Shown: piece by piece, positions 41,276-49,050 of the stretch | Position numbering within the stretch: position 1 is the stretch's first letter | How the letters are laid out: every line of letters starts with the position of its first letter | Source: a virus | Lineage: Duplodnaviria > Caudoviricetes | Reading direction: 5' to 3' (one strand) | IMG/VR virus record: IMGVR_UViG_3300029288_007050 | Location: 65,157-129,156 of that record | DNA length: 64,000 nucleotides | Translations under genes and position numbers: made by a program | The notes under the pieces: model-generated | What the model was told of the DNA's origin: nothing | What the model saw: only the letters and a program-made list of their open reading frames with translations | The model's database searches: none

Positions 41276-41717
41276 GATTGAGTAGACATTCTGGAACTTG
41301 ATGTACAGAAAGCAAAAAACAAATCCTATGAAGTTATTAACAAAAGAAATCATCAAAAGATTTGCTGAAGTCGGAAGTCAAGAAAACGAGAAAGACCCGA
41401 TTGTCATTGCAAAGTTCTTCAACCCGACGGGAGCAGGAACTTGGTATGCTACAGAATACGACCCGAAAGAAAAAATCTTTTTCGGATACGTTTCAATTTT
41501 CGGCGACCACAATGACGAATGGGGTTCTTTCTCATTAGAGGAATTAGAAAACGTCGAATGCAAAGCTGGTTTAAGTATTGAACGTGACTTACATTGCGGA
41601 GAGCAAAAGATAAGCGAGTTTAATATCCCATCATTGCGTTCATAAAAAATAAAAATCTAACGCTTTTTCTATCTAGTCGGATAGAAGTACTTCAAGTTTC
41701 AAAACGTCTGCTCAATC
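41276..41717 (+). repeat. Cassette 11 inverted-repeat stem
   Basis: GATTGAGTAGACATTCTGGAACTTGATGTAC / GTACTTCAAGTTTCAAAACGTCTGCTCAATC. Confidence 0.95.
41328..41645 (+). CDS. DUF2958-like protein (cassette 11)
   Basis: MKLLTKEI, KFFNPTGAGTWYATEYD, EWGSFSLEEL, IERDLH. Confidence 0.8.
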   Translation: MKLLTKEIIKRFAEVGSQENEKDPIVIAKFFNPTGAGTWYATEYDPKEKIFFGYVSIFGDHNDEWGSFSLEELENVECKAGLSIERDLHCGEQKISEFNIPSLRS

Positions 41718-41718
41718 G

Positions 41719-42352
41719 TTGAGTAGACAATCCGGGACTTAAATGAGAAAACAAATGCTTATCCAACTTTATCACGGCACTAACAACAATAACGCAAAAC
41801 GAATTCTAAAAGAAGGTTTCAAAGATAGAATCGAAAGCAAAGAGAAAAACTGGAAAGACGAAATAGCAAGCCAACCTGGTTTCGTCTATCTGACTCGTGC
41901 TTATCCATTTTTCTACGCGATGAATGCTGCTAACTCAGAAGATGAAGCAACAGTATTATTAGTTGAAGTCGACTCAGATGACTTATATCCAGATGAAGAC
42001 TTTCTTAGAGAAGTTCGCATTAAAGACAAAGATAAGAAAATCGACATCAGAGAGTTCAAAGAATACGGTTCGTTATCTCTTGAAAAACTTGGAAATGTAG
42101 CAATCCAGCCTTCGAAAATCAAACGCGTAATTGGCAGTAAATCTTTTAAGACGAGTGATATGATATGGTATAGCGACCCAGCAATGTCTATCTATAACTA
42201 TATGTTTCTGGGAAACTATTACCGAGAACTGACAGACACGTGGTGGAAAGGCGGAGACTGGAAAAAAATAAATCAAACAGAATCATTATTAAAATCGATG
42301 AAAAGGTCGAAGAAATCTTAACGCTCATTTGAGTTCCGAATTGTCTACTCAA
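41719..42352 (+). repeat. Cassette 12 inverted-repeat stem (compensatory core changes)
   Basis: TTGAGTAGACAATCCGGGACTTAAATGAG / CTCATTTGAGTTCCGAATTGTCTACTCAA. Confidence 0.95.
41755..42321 (+). CDS. ADP-ribosyltransferase-fold protein (cassette 12)
   Basis: LYHGT...ILKEG...GFVYLT...YA...VLLVEVD..DLYPDED. Confidence 0.6.
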   Translation: MLIQLYHGTNNNNAKRILKEGFKDRIESKEKNWKDEIASQPGFVYLTRAYPFFYAMNAANSEDEATVLLVEVDSDDLYPDEDFLREVRIKDKDKKIDIREFKEYGSLSLEKLGNVAIQPSKIKRVIGSKSFKTSDMIWYSDPAMSIYNYMFLGNYYRELTDTWWKGGDWKKINQTESLLKSMKRSKKS

Positions 42353-42395
42353 AGTAAGACGGTTATCCTGGAACTTAAGAACAGTATTAAAATCT

Positions 42396-42614
42396 ATGAA
42401 TGATATCATTCAAATTCCAATTGCTCATCCAAAATGTCATTTGGATGAATTGCGTAAAAAATTCAACGTGCCTGAAAAATACACTGACGAAGTGTTGCTA
42501 CAGGCGCTCGTAGGCATCGTCATTGATGACTATATGAATGTAGAAAAAATCGAGGCCGACAATCTTCAAGAAGTATTAACAGACGGCAAAATCGCCGACA
42601 GATATTTATGTTAG
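42396..42614 (+). CDS. Hypothetical protein (cassette 13a)
   Basis: 72-aa ORF. Confidence 0.7.
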   Translation: MNDIIQIPIAHPKCHLDELRKKFNVPEKYTDEVLLQALVGIVIDDYMNVEKIEADNLQEVLTDGKIADRYLC

Positions 42615-42745
42615 AAAAAACAATTGACGAAGTAATAAGCGACTTGATTCAATCATTCGATGACGAATTGCAAAATCTGACAAATGAAGAACTTGAAGAG
42701 AAGTACGAAGAAAGAATGGGAGAGGAAGTAAAAATCATCGCTTAA
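42608..42745 (+). CDS. Small acidic protein (cassette 13b; not in ORF track)
   Basis: MLEKTIDEVISDLIQSFDDELQNLTNEELEEKYEERMGEEVKIIA*. Confidence 0.65.
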   Translation: MLEKTIDEVISDLIQSFDDELQNLTNEELEEKYEERMGEEVKIIA

Positions 42746-42913
42746 TCAAAAAATAATTCTTAACGTCTGTTTCTTAAGTTCCGAGACAGCCGTCTTACGT
42801 AGAAGAGTCAAAAAGCTAGATAGATGAAATAATACAGAGACTGCAAGAAACAAGCGCTCTAGAACGCTATCAGAGCCAAGAGAAATCAAAGAGCTGAGTA
42901 TTATATCATAGCT

Positions 42914-43204
42914 TCTGAACTACTTTCTGGGACTTTTAATTCTGGTTAAGAAAAATGAAAAGAAAACTATTACATCTTAAATCTATCAAGACTCTAAAGT
43001 CATTAGAAAAAAATCTCAAGCAAAGATACGATGGTGTCGAGAAAAACATCAAGAAACTAGAAATCAAAAAAATAAAAATCTGGCAAGACATTAAAAACGT
43101 CGAAAATGTTATTGCTAAAAAAGAAGAATGAGATATTTTTAGTCGTCTATCTCAAAACATTATCAACTAATCACCAGAATTTGAGTCTCGCAAAGTAGTC
43201 CAGA
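42914..43204 (+). repeat. Cassette 14 inverted-repeat stem (degenerate)
   Basis: TCTGAACTACTTTCTGGGACTTTTAATTCTGG / CCAGAATTTGAGTCTCGCAAAGTAGTCCAGA. Confidence 0.75.
42955..43131 (+). CDS. Small basic coiled-coil protein (cassette 14; not in ORF track)
   Basis: MKRKLLHLKSIKTLKSLEKNLKQRY...AKKEE*, 58 aa. Confidence 0.6.
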   Translation: MKRKLLHLKSIKTLKSLEKNLKQRYDGVEKNIKKLEIKKIKIWQDIKNVENVIAKKEE

Positions 43205-43259
43205 CGAAATGATAAAATACATATTCTGAACGCTAAAAAGTTATTAACAGCTCAACCTA

Positions 43260-43287
43260 TTTACAAGGTGGTTGGATATGGTATAAT
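43260..43287 (+). promoter_or_regulatory. Early promoter
   Basis: TTTACA-16-TATAAT with TG extension. Confidence 0.8.
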
Positions 43288-43319
43288 ATAAATAGGATAA
43301 AGATAACGCACATTTCAAA

Positions 43320-43459
43320 GATAGGTTCTTGCTTCAATCTCCCTCGACAGAGTTTCAGATTCAAGAGTTTAAAGTTTTATACTCTCAGTTGGCTATCATC
43401 GTACTGTATAAATAACTCTTGTCTAAATAGCCCGGTGGAGATTAAAAGAGGAACATATC
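43320..43459 (+). ncRNA. Stem-enclosed ncRNA candidate A
   Basis: GATAGGTTCTTGCTTCAATCTCC / GGAGATTAAAAGAGGAACATATC closing stem; no ORF. Confidence 0.55.
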
Positions 43460-43464
43460 CTCTA

Positions 43465-43739
43465 GTAGTTCTCTAAAATCTGGTGTAGCATAATAACCCT
43501 AGACGGGTAATGCATATAGTGGACAACGTCATTACGATAGAATATGACGTAATCATATTCTTGAGAGTTAGGCGATAAGGAGTTGCAAATCCAAACTCAC
43601 ACGAACAATATGAATTAAAAACCTGCCACTATAATTAAGAGCTAAGAACTCGGTCTAATAAACTACTCAAGGGCACAAGGCAGAAGCTACGGTCATTCCA
43701 GCATCTGTCTCAAGGCCCCACCAGATTTTAGGGAATTAC
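43465..43739 (+). ncRNA. Stem-enclosed multibranch ncRNA candidate B (~275 nt)
   Basis: GTAGTTCTCTAAAATCTGGTG / CACCAGATTTTAGGGAATTAC; internal helices TATAGTGG/CCACTATA and ACGTCAT/ATGACGT. Confidence 0.6.
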
Positions 43740-43753
43740 GAAATAGCATTAAA

Positions 43754-43843
43754 TGATGTTCTCTTCAATTAAAGTATTTGTCCCAGGCTAAGTCATATAA
43801 TAATTGCTGGTGAGAACAAATACTTTAACTAAAGAGAATGTCA
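43754..43843 (+). ncRNA. Long hairpin / processing-stem candidate C
   Basis: TGATGTTCTCTTCAATTAAAGTATTTGT / ACAAATACTTTAACTAAAGAGAATGTCA. Confidence 0.55.
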
Positions 43844-43856
43844 AATCAACAAACGT

Positions 43857-44054
43857 ATGAAAACAATAATGAAAATAAGTTCTGGTAGAGAATATGTTGA
43901 AGTCGTGAAAGTTGATAGAAATTATATTCTTCAGACTCAACGTGGCTCTGTCCTTGTGAAGCGAGGCGAATTTGACGAAGAAGGCGTTCGTTTAATGGCA
44001 GAAACAATAAATGAATTGACTGAAGATTATGGTTGGAAAGAAATAAATCTCTAA
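43857..44054 (+). CDS. Hypothetical protein
   Basis: 65-aa ORF in the early operon. Confidence 0.6.
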   Translation: MKTIMKISSGREYVEVVKVDRNYILQTQRGSVLVKRGEFDEEGVRLMAETINELTEDYGWKEINL

Positions 44055-44064
44055 ATCTTCTGTT

Positions 44065-44352
44065 ATGATTAAAATTAAAATCACAAAAGAAATACCAGTC
44101 GAAAAGAAACACGGTGTAAAGATTGGAAGAGTATTCGACGCAATTATCAATCCGACAGAAATCAAGAAGTCAAAAGAATTATACATAAAAGACTATAATC
44201 AATTTGGAAGACCAATTTATGCACACATAGAAAACATTGACGCTTATGAATGGTTTTACAAAGGAAAAAATTATTTCTGGATACAAGGAGATACTGGAGA
44301 AGCAGTAAAAATCTGGGGAAACGAATGCAAAATAATTAAAGAAAATGAATAA
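44065..44352 (+). CDS. Hypothetical protein
   Basis: 95-aa ORF. Confidence 0.65.
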   Translation: MIKIKITKEIPVEKKHGVKIGRVFDAIINPTEIKKSKELYIKDYNQFGRPIYAHIENIDAYEWFYKGKNYFWIQGDTGEAVKIWGNECKIIKENE

Positions 44353-44803
44353 ATACCAAAGATTAAGAACACAGACATTAGAACGCTCGTGGTTGACAAT
44401 TGCTCGTGAAAATGGATTCGTCGAAAATGAAAACATAAACTACGTGACGGGTTTCATATCGCCTTCGGGAGTAGTTATACAAATACCAGAAAGAGAACAT
44501 CAGACATACGTTCGAGAATTTGAAGAAACAATCAAACTTAAAGAAAGAGCGTACTTTAAACAATATGGTGCAATCAGAATACGACCGGGCAGAGTATTTA
44601 TGTTCTTAGATATACCTTGGGATTCTCTGAACGTGGAGATATGGAAAAAACCGACGCTTAAACAAGTAGAAACGTTAAGCAAGATAACATCTAAAGTTTT
44701 CTATGATTTTTGGGGGGACAAACTCTGTAATTGTCCGAAAGATGGAGTTTCAGCAAATCAATTTATGTTAGATTTGAAAACTTATTGGGAAATAAAAAGA
44801 TAG
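44345..44803 (+). CDS. Hypothetical protein
   Basis: 152 aa; GFISPSG..H..GAIRI. Confidence 0.7.
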   Translation: MNKYQRLRTQTLERSWLTIARENGFVENENINYVTGFISPSGVVIQIPEREHQTYVREFEETIKLKERAYFKQYGAIRIRPGRVFMFLDIPWDSLNVEIWKKPTLKQVETLSKITSKVFYDFWGDKLCNCPKDGVSANQFMLDLKTYWEIKR

Positions 44804-44818
44804 AGACGTTTACAGCTA

Positions 44819-44847
44819 TTTACAAAGACTGTAATATATGGTATAAT
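44819..44847 (+). promoter_or_regulatory. Early promoter
   Basis: TTTACA-17-TATAAT with TG extension. Confidence 0.8.
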
Positions 44848-44862
44848 AGAAATATAATCATT

Positions 44863-44974
44863 AGTTCTTTTCAAACAGTAGGTCAGAGCGTCAGCCTCTC
44901 GCCCAAGTAGTAGGGTAGACGAAATGAGTATTAGACTGATGGCAACACTACTCGCCTACTGTTTAAAAAGAATT
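44863..44974 (+). ncRNA. Stem-enclosed leader RNA candidate
   Basis: AGTTCTTTTCAAACAGTAGG / CCTACTGTTTAAAAAGAATT with a C-A mismatch. Confidence 0.55.
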
Positions 44975-44975
44975 A

Positions 44976-45407
44976 TTGACAAATATGAAATATCCGCACA
45001 TACCCAAAAAACTACAGAGAAATCAAAGAATTCTTACAGATGAACAAATCAAAGAAGCTAAAGAAATGCTTAAAGACGGTAATAGTCAAAGATGGGTTGC
45101 AAAACATTTTAAAGTTTCCAGAAGTTGTATTGTTAGACATTGCGTTCCTGGAATGAAAGAATACTTTCAAAGGAAATCAAGAGAGTGGGACATAGAACAT
45201 CCCAATGAAGCTGCAAAAAGAAGAGCAACACAAGCATTGCGTACTTATCATCTTTTAAGCAAGCTGTATCCAAAGAAGATGAAACAGATAAGAAAAGAAA
45301 GCAAAGAAAAAACAGGTAAAGAGTATTTCAGACTTAAACAAAAAGAATTCAGAAAAAGACATCCAAAATACTGGAAGAAATTCTATAAACTAAAAAAGAC
45401 GATATAA
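44976..45407 (+). CDS. HTH DNA-binding protein
   Basis: LTDEQIKE...GNSQRWVAKHFKVSRSCI. Confidence 0.7.
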   Translation: MTNMKYPHIPKKLQRNQRILTDEQIKEAKEMLKDGNSQRWVAKHFKVSRSCIVRHCVPGMKEYFQRKSREWDIEHPNEAAKRRATQALRTYHLLSKLYPKKMKQIRKESKEKTGKEYFRLKQKEFRKRHPKYWKKFYKLKKTI

Positions 45408-45414
45408 TAATTCT

Positions 45415-45573
45415 ATGAAAACATACAATGTCACACTAGACGTATTCTTGATGGAACATATATCAGTTGAAGCAAAAAACAAAAAAGAAGCAATCGAAAA
45501 AGCAATTGAAAAGAGTGCTTATAATGATGGCGCTTCAGAGTTTAAAGTATTTGAAGTAGAAGAAGACGAATGA
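45415..45573 (+). CDS. DpnD/PcfM-like small protein (not in ORF track)
   Basis: MKTYNVTL...VEAKNKKEAIEKA. Confidence 0.6.
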   Translation: MKTYNVTLDVFLMEHISVEAKNKKEAIEKAIEKSAYNDGASEFKVFEVEEDE

Positions 45574-45613
45574 CTATATTTAAAAAGGTCGAGATAAACG
45601 TTAAAATAAATCT

Positions 45614-45913
45614 ATGAAGAAAACAAATACATACAAAGTTATAGTATCTGAAGTATTAGAAAAAGAAATTGAAGTATCAGCTACAAACGAAAACGAAGCA
45701 ATTGAGATGGCTAAAGCTAGATACAAAGACTTAAAAATAGTATTAGACTTAAGCAATCATTCTAAAACTAATTTCATTGTATCTGGTTGGGATGAAATCA
45801 ATAAGCACGGTTGCTGGAGATGCAAAGGTGATTCTATTCTTCATTTCTCGAAAAACGGTTCAGAAGAAATTCTTGAAAGCGAAACTTGTGAAAAATGTGG
45901 AGATTTAAGATAG
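45614..45913 (+). CDS. DpnD/PcfM-like protein with C-terminal Zn ribbon
   Basis: YKVIVSEVLEKEIEVSATNENEAIEMA; CWRC..CEKC. Confidence 0.65.
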   Translation: MKKTNTYKVIVSEVLEKEIEVSATNENEAIEMAKARYKDLKIVLDLSNHSKTNFIVSGWDEINKHGCWRCKGDSILHFSKNGSEEILESETCEKCGDLR

Positions 45914-45919
45914 TCGATT

Positions 45920-46105
45920 ATGTTTTATTATATCCGAAAGAAAAAATATACTATAGAATTGACTGAAGCACAGATACTCTGGTTATATGATATATTCTTC
46001 AAGATGTTTGATGGTTATTTCGAAAATAATAGACGAGAAAGAAGACATTGCGACAACGTCGGTGAAAAAATCATAAAAGCGTTAGAAAGCGAACAAGCTG
46101 ACTAA
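45920..46105 (+). CDS. Hypothetical protein
   Basis: 61-aa ORF. Confidence 0.55.
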   Translation: MFYYIRKKKYTIELTEAQILWLYDIFFKMFDGYFENNRRERRHCDNVGEKIIKALESEQAD

Positions 46106-46110
46106 AGGGA

Positions 46111-46139
46111 TTTACAAATATACCAGGATGTGGTATAAT
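46111..46139 (+). promoter_or_regulatory. Early promoter
   Basis: TTTACA-17-TATAAT with TG extension. Confidence 0.8.
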
Positions 46140-46188
46140 ATAAACAATAGGATAATAAATAACAAAAACAGCGTTAACGTTCACGAAT

Positions 46189-46365
46189 ATGAACAAATCA
46201 TTGTATCCAGAAAATAGAATAAAAGTTGCAGAATCTATCAGGAAAAACTTAAAAGAAGCCCTTGGTGAGAACTTCTTGCAAGCAAATATCTCTACAGACA
46301 ATGGAGAGCTGATTCTGACATACAAGAGTAAAAACTTTACTGTCAGAGTCAGTATTGAACATTGA
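46189..46365 (+). CDS. Hypothetical protein (not in ORF track)
   Basis: MNKSLYPENRIKVAES...VSIEH*, 58 aa, directly after a promoter. Confidence 0.55.
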   Translation: MNKSLYPENRIKVAESIRKNLKEALGENFLQANISTDNGELILTYKSKNFTVRVSIEH

Positions 46366-46407
46366 TAACAAAGGTCGAAAAAATAAACATTAAAAATAAC
46401 AACGAAA

Positions 46408-46596
46408 ATGACAACTGAAAAAATCGAGAAGATAACAGAAGAAGTAAAAGCGTCTTTCGCTGAGTATGAGGAAAAGAAAAACCTCACTGCTAGAACGAAA
46501 GTTAGGAAAGCTCTTCAAGCTCTCAAAATCGCTGCTCAAGAAATGAGACTTTGGGTGATTGAAGACTACAACGAAAACAGCAAAAAGACAGAGTAA
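46408..46596 (+). CDS. Histone H1-like (Hc1-type) small DNA-binding protein
   Basis: KNLTARTKVRKALQALKIAAQEMR resembles the NxxAxTRxRK motif of bacterial Hc1-like proteins. Confidence 0.55.
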   Translation: MTTEKIEKITEEVKASFAEYEEKKNLTARTKVRKALQALKIAAQEMRLWVIEDYNENSKKTE

Positions 46597-46705
46597 GAGA
46601 CTCTTGACTTTGTCTTTCTTCATCACTGAAAGGAAGACAAAGATGAGGAGTTTCGGCACTAAATTATTATTCTGAGCCGTCTAAAATTCCTCAACTTCAT
46701 AGAAT

Positions 46706-46816
46706 TGTTAAACTGGAGAGAAGGATTAGTCAGGTTGAGACTTAACCTATTTTGCAACTGACTAGACGAACATTATCCAAACTTGTCCGTTTTTCATTCC
46801 TCTCTCTGGTTTAACA
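46706..46816 (+). ncRNA. Stem-enclosed leader RNA candidate
   Basis: TGTTAAACTGGAGAGAAGGA / TCCTCTCTCTGGTTTAACA. Confidence 0.5.
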
Positions 46817-46841
46817 GATTTAATCGAATTATTTAATAAAT

Positions 46842-47678
46842 ATGATAACAATCAAAGACTACAAAACGTTATACGAATATATGAGTGCATTCGGTGATAA
46901 GAAAATAAATCTACTTATCGTCGTTAGTAGAGGAGGTCTTGGTAAAACATTCATCACCGAAGAAGCTCTTATCCAGCACGGCCCAGTCATATTTACCGGT
47001 CACGTGACACCATTAGGAATGTACAGAGAGTTGCTTCAGAGAAATAGAGAAGAACGAGACTTCATTGCTATATTTGATGATGTCGATACTCTAATGTTAA
47101 ACAAAACGAATGTAGCATTATTGAAACAGTTATGTGATACTCGAGAAGACAAAACAATCAGATACGTTACGACTTCTCCAATCTTACGAGGTTTGCAGCC
47201 AGAATTCGAAACTTCCTGCAAAGTATTGATGCTAATGAACGATATGAAAACTGAAGATAAAAATCTGAATGCTCTTTTAACTCGTGCTCATCTTATTAAC
47301 TTCAATCCGCCCGATACAGAAGTCATTCGACAAATGAAAACATTCGCAGACGACAAAGAAATCTTAAAGTTCATTGAGACATACGCTCCATTTTCAAAAA
47401 CCCTGAACTTCAGAACATACAAACGTGCAATAGAGTTAAAATCAGTCAAATTAGACTGGAAACAAGAAGTTATTAACGAACTGAATGTTGACCAAAGATT
47501 GTTTGAAATCGAAACTCTACTCAGAAAATATAAAACTGACCAAGATAGAGAAAAACATTTCAGCGATTCTCGTGCAACTTACTACAGATACAAGAAAATC
47601 TTCCTTTCAAAGAACGCTGACTTTGAAGACAAGATTAGCATTAAAAAGAGTGCAAGTAGCGTTATAGAAGTACACTAG
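46842..47678 (+). CDS. P-loop (AAA-like) ATPase with C-terminal HTH-like end
   Basis: SRGGLGKT, IFDDVD, SRATYYRYK. Confidence 0.75.
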   Translation: MITIKDYKTLYEYMSAFGDKKINLLIVVSRGGLGKTFITEEALIQHGPVIFTGHVTPLGMYRELLQRNREERDFIAIFDDVDTLMLNKTNVALLKQLCDTREDKTIRYVTTSPILRGLQPEFETSCKVLMLMNDMKTEDKNLNALLTRAHLINFNPPDTEVIRQMKTFADDKEILKFIETYAPFSKTLNFRTYKRAIELKSVKLDWKQEVINELNVDQRLFEIETLLRKYKTDQDREKHFSDSRATYYRYKKIFLSKNADFEDKISIKKSASSVIEVH

Positions 47679-47773
47679 AGCTTGGTTTGCTAGAAAACTT
47701 GATATATTCCTCATCTTTACGTTATTATACCATAAAAAACGTAAAAAGTATATAGAACATAAATAAAAATAAA

Positions 47774-48004
47774 ATGAAAAAGTTAAACAAGACTGTAGCA
47801 AAGTTCAGATATCGCGGGAAAAAGTATGAAATCGACTGGCTTACAGACGCCGACTTCGCTGATGGTTATAAAGAATATGATATTTTCGAAGGGAGTGGCA
47901 CTGAAGCAAACGTAGTTGGTCATATAAGTTCGAAGACTAATGTTAAACAAATTCTAATAACATTAGCCAAAATAGAAATAAGAGAAAACGACAATGAACT
48001 CTAA
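47774..48004 (+). CDS. Hypothetical protein
   Basis: 76-aa ORF. Confidence 0.6.
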   Translation: MKKLNKTVAKFRYRGKKYEIDWLTDADFADGYKEYDIFEGSGTEANVVGHISSKTNVKQILITLAKIEIRENDNEL

Positions 48005-48293
48005 TCTCAAATGTCCAAAATGTAAAAGCGAACTTGTCGTATCTGGTATGTCAAGACATCAAGATTTGGTTGAACACGTGACAAAACCAAATGGTATACC
48101 AGCACTAAAAGAAGAATATCGTTGCAAAAACAAATGTTATCCTCATAGAGTTTTCTGGGATTATTACGGTGACGTCTATATTTCACCAAGTTGGTTAGAA
48201 AGACTATGCTGGAAGTTAAATATATACAGTTTTCCGAAAAGATTAGAAGTACCACAAGCAATAAAAGACGAAAAAAATAAAGCAATAATATGA
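47994..48293 (+). CDS. Zn-finger hypothetical protein
   Basis: CPKC...CKNKC. Confidence 0.6.
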   Translation: MNSNLKCPKCKSELVVSGMSRHQDLVEHVTKPNGIPALKEEYRCKNKCYPHRVFWDYYGDVYISPSWLERLCWKLNIYSFPKRLEVPQAIKDEKNKAII

Positions 48294-48514
48294 AAGAAAT
48301 CAAAGATGAAACTTTAATAGAATTGCTAGAAGTATTGATTGAATATCGGAAAACGTTAAGAGAAGATGACAAAGTTATTCATTTGGGTATTAAGACACAA
48401 GCTGGTTCTTCTATCAAATATGTCGATGATGAAGACGATGCTCAAAGCACAATCAGAAGTTTAAAATCTTTATTGAATAATGGAATCAATACAAATGAAT
48501 CAAGGTCATTCTAA
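48290..48514 (+). CDS. Hypothetical protein
   Basis: 74-aa ORF with overlapping start/stop. Confidence 0.55.
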   Translation: MKEIKDETLIELLEVLIEYRKTLREDDKVIHLGIKTQAGSSIKYVDDEDDAQSTIRSLKSLLNNGINTNESRSF

Positions 48515-48734
48515 AATGTCTCAAAAAAATAACAAAAACAAGTCTAAAAAACTTAAACCCCGATATTTGTGGATTATCAAACGCAAAGATTCTAATGACA
48601 TCTATATGCTTGATTCATTCTATTGGTGTGAAGCAGATGCTCTTCGAAGACTAAAAGAATCTATGAATGGAGCATTTCGATACGTTCCAGAAGATAAGTT
48701 TGAAATCATTAAAGTTAGAATCACTCAAGTCTAA
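48480..48734 (+). CDS. Hypothetical protein
   Basis: 84-aa ORF. Confidence 0.55.
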   Translation: MESIQMNQGHSKMSQKNNKNKSKKLKPRYLWIIKRKDSNDIYMLDSFYWCEADALRRLKESMNGAFRYVPEDKFEIIKVRITQV

Positions 48735-48735
48735 A

Positions 48736-49050
48736 ATGAAAATATCATTGTCACCTCGTCGAAGTGGTAAAACAACAAAGATGTTGAAGTGGTTGCAAAA
48801 AGACCGCAACAGAATCTTACTAACATTCAGTGTTCAAGAAGCAGATAGATTAAAACATCTATATCCAGAATTAGCGAATAGTATATTTTACTGGGAAATC
48901 TGGCTTAGAGACCAATATGGCACGGGACAAGAAAAAGAAATTGGTATTGACAACGCAGATTATATTTTGCAGAACTATCTTAAACACCCGATAGAAAAAA
49001 TGACTCTTACTAAAGACGAAAATAATAAAAATAAAAAGACAAAAATATGA
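48736..49050 (+). CDS. Short P-loop protein
   Basis: SPRRSGKTT and IGIDNAD; likely start MKISLS. Confidence 0.6.
   Translation: MKISLSPRRSGKTTKMLKWLQKDRNRILLTFSVQEADRLKHLYPELANSIFYWEIWLRDQYGTGQEKEIGIDNADYILQNYLKHPIEKMTLTKDENNKNKKTKI

Larger units (their letters stand above)
42354..42798 (+). repeat. Cassette 13 inverted-repeat stem (two genes)
   Basis: GTAAGACGGTTATCCTGGAACTTAAGAACAG / CTGTTTCTTAAGTTCCGAGACAGCCGTCTTAC. Confidence 0.93.

Noticed and set aside
34655-43204. CRISPR array
   Set aside because: The repeats alternate in orientation, only ~10 nt is shared, the intervals are whole genes of variable length, and no cas genes are present.
34655-43204. Classical integron with attC sites
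   Set aside because: The arms contain AAC/GTT but lack RYYYAAC/GTTRRRY and enclose the gene rather than forming a hairpin between genes; no tyrosine integrase is in the window. A non-classical recombination role remains possible.
34655-43204. MITE/IS terminal inverted repeats
   Set aside because: No target-site duplications or transposase, the outer ends are not shared between units, all units have the same orientation, and mismatches are strand-biased toward G-U.
43465-43739. tmRNA or group I intron
   Set aside because: It ends near CCACCA but has no T-arm or matching tRNA-like 5' end, and no recognisable P7 core.
44880-44955. Hammerhead ribozyme
   Set aside because: CTGATGG and CGAAA are present, but the core deviates from CUGANGA and the helices do not fit the hammerhead arrangement.
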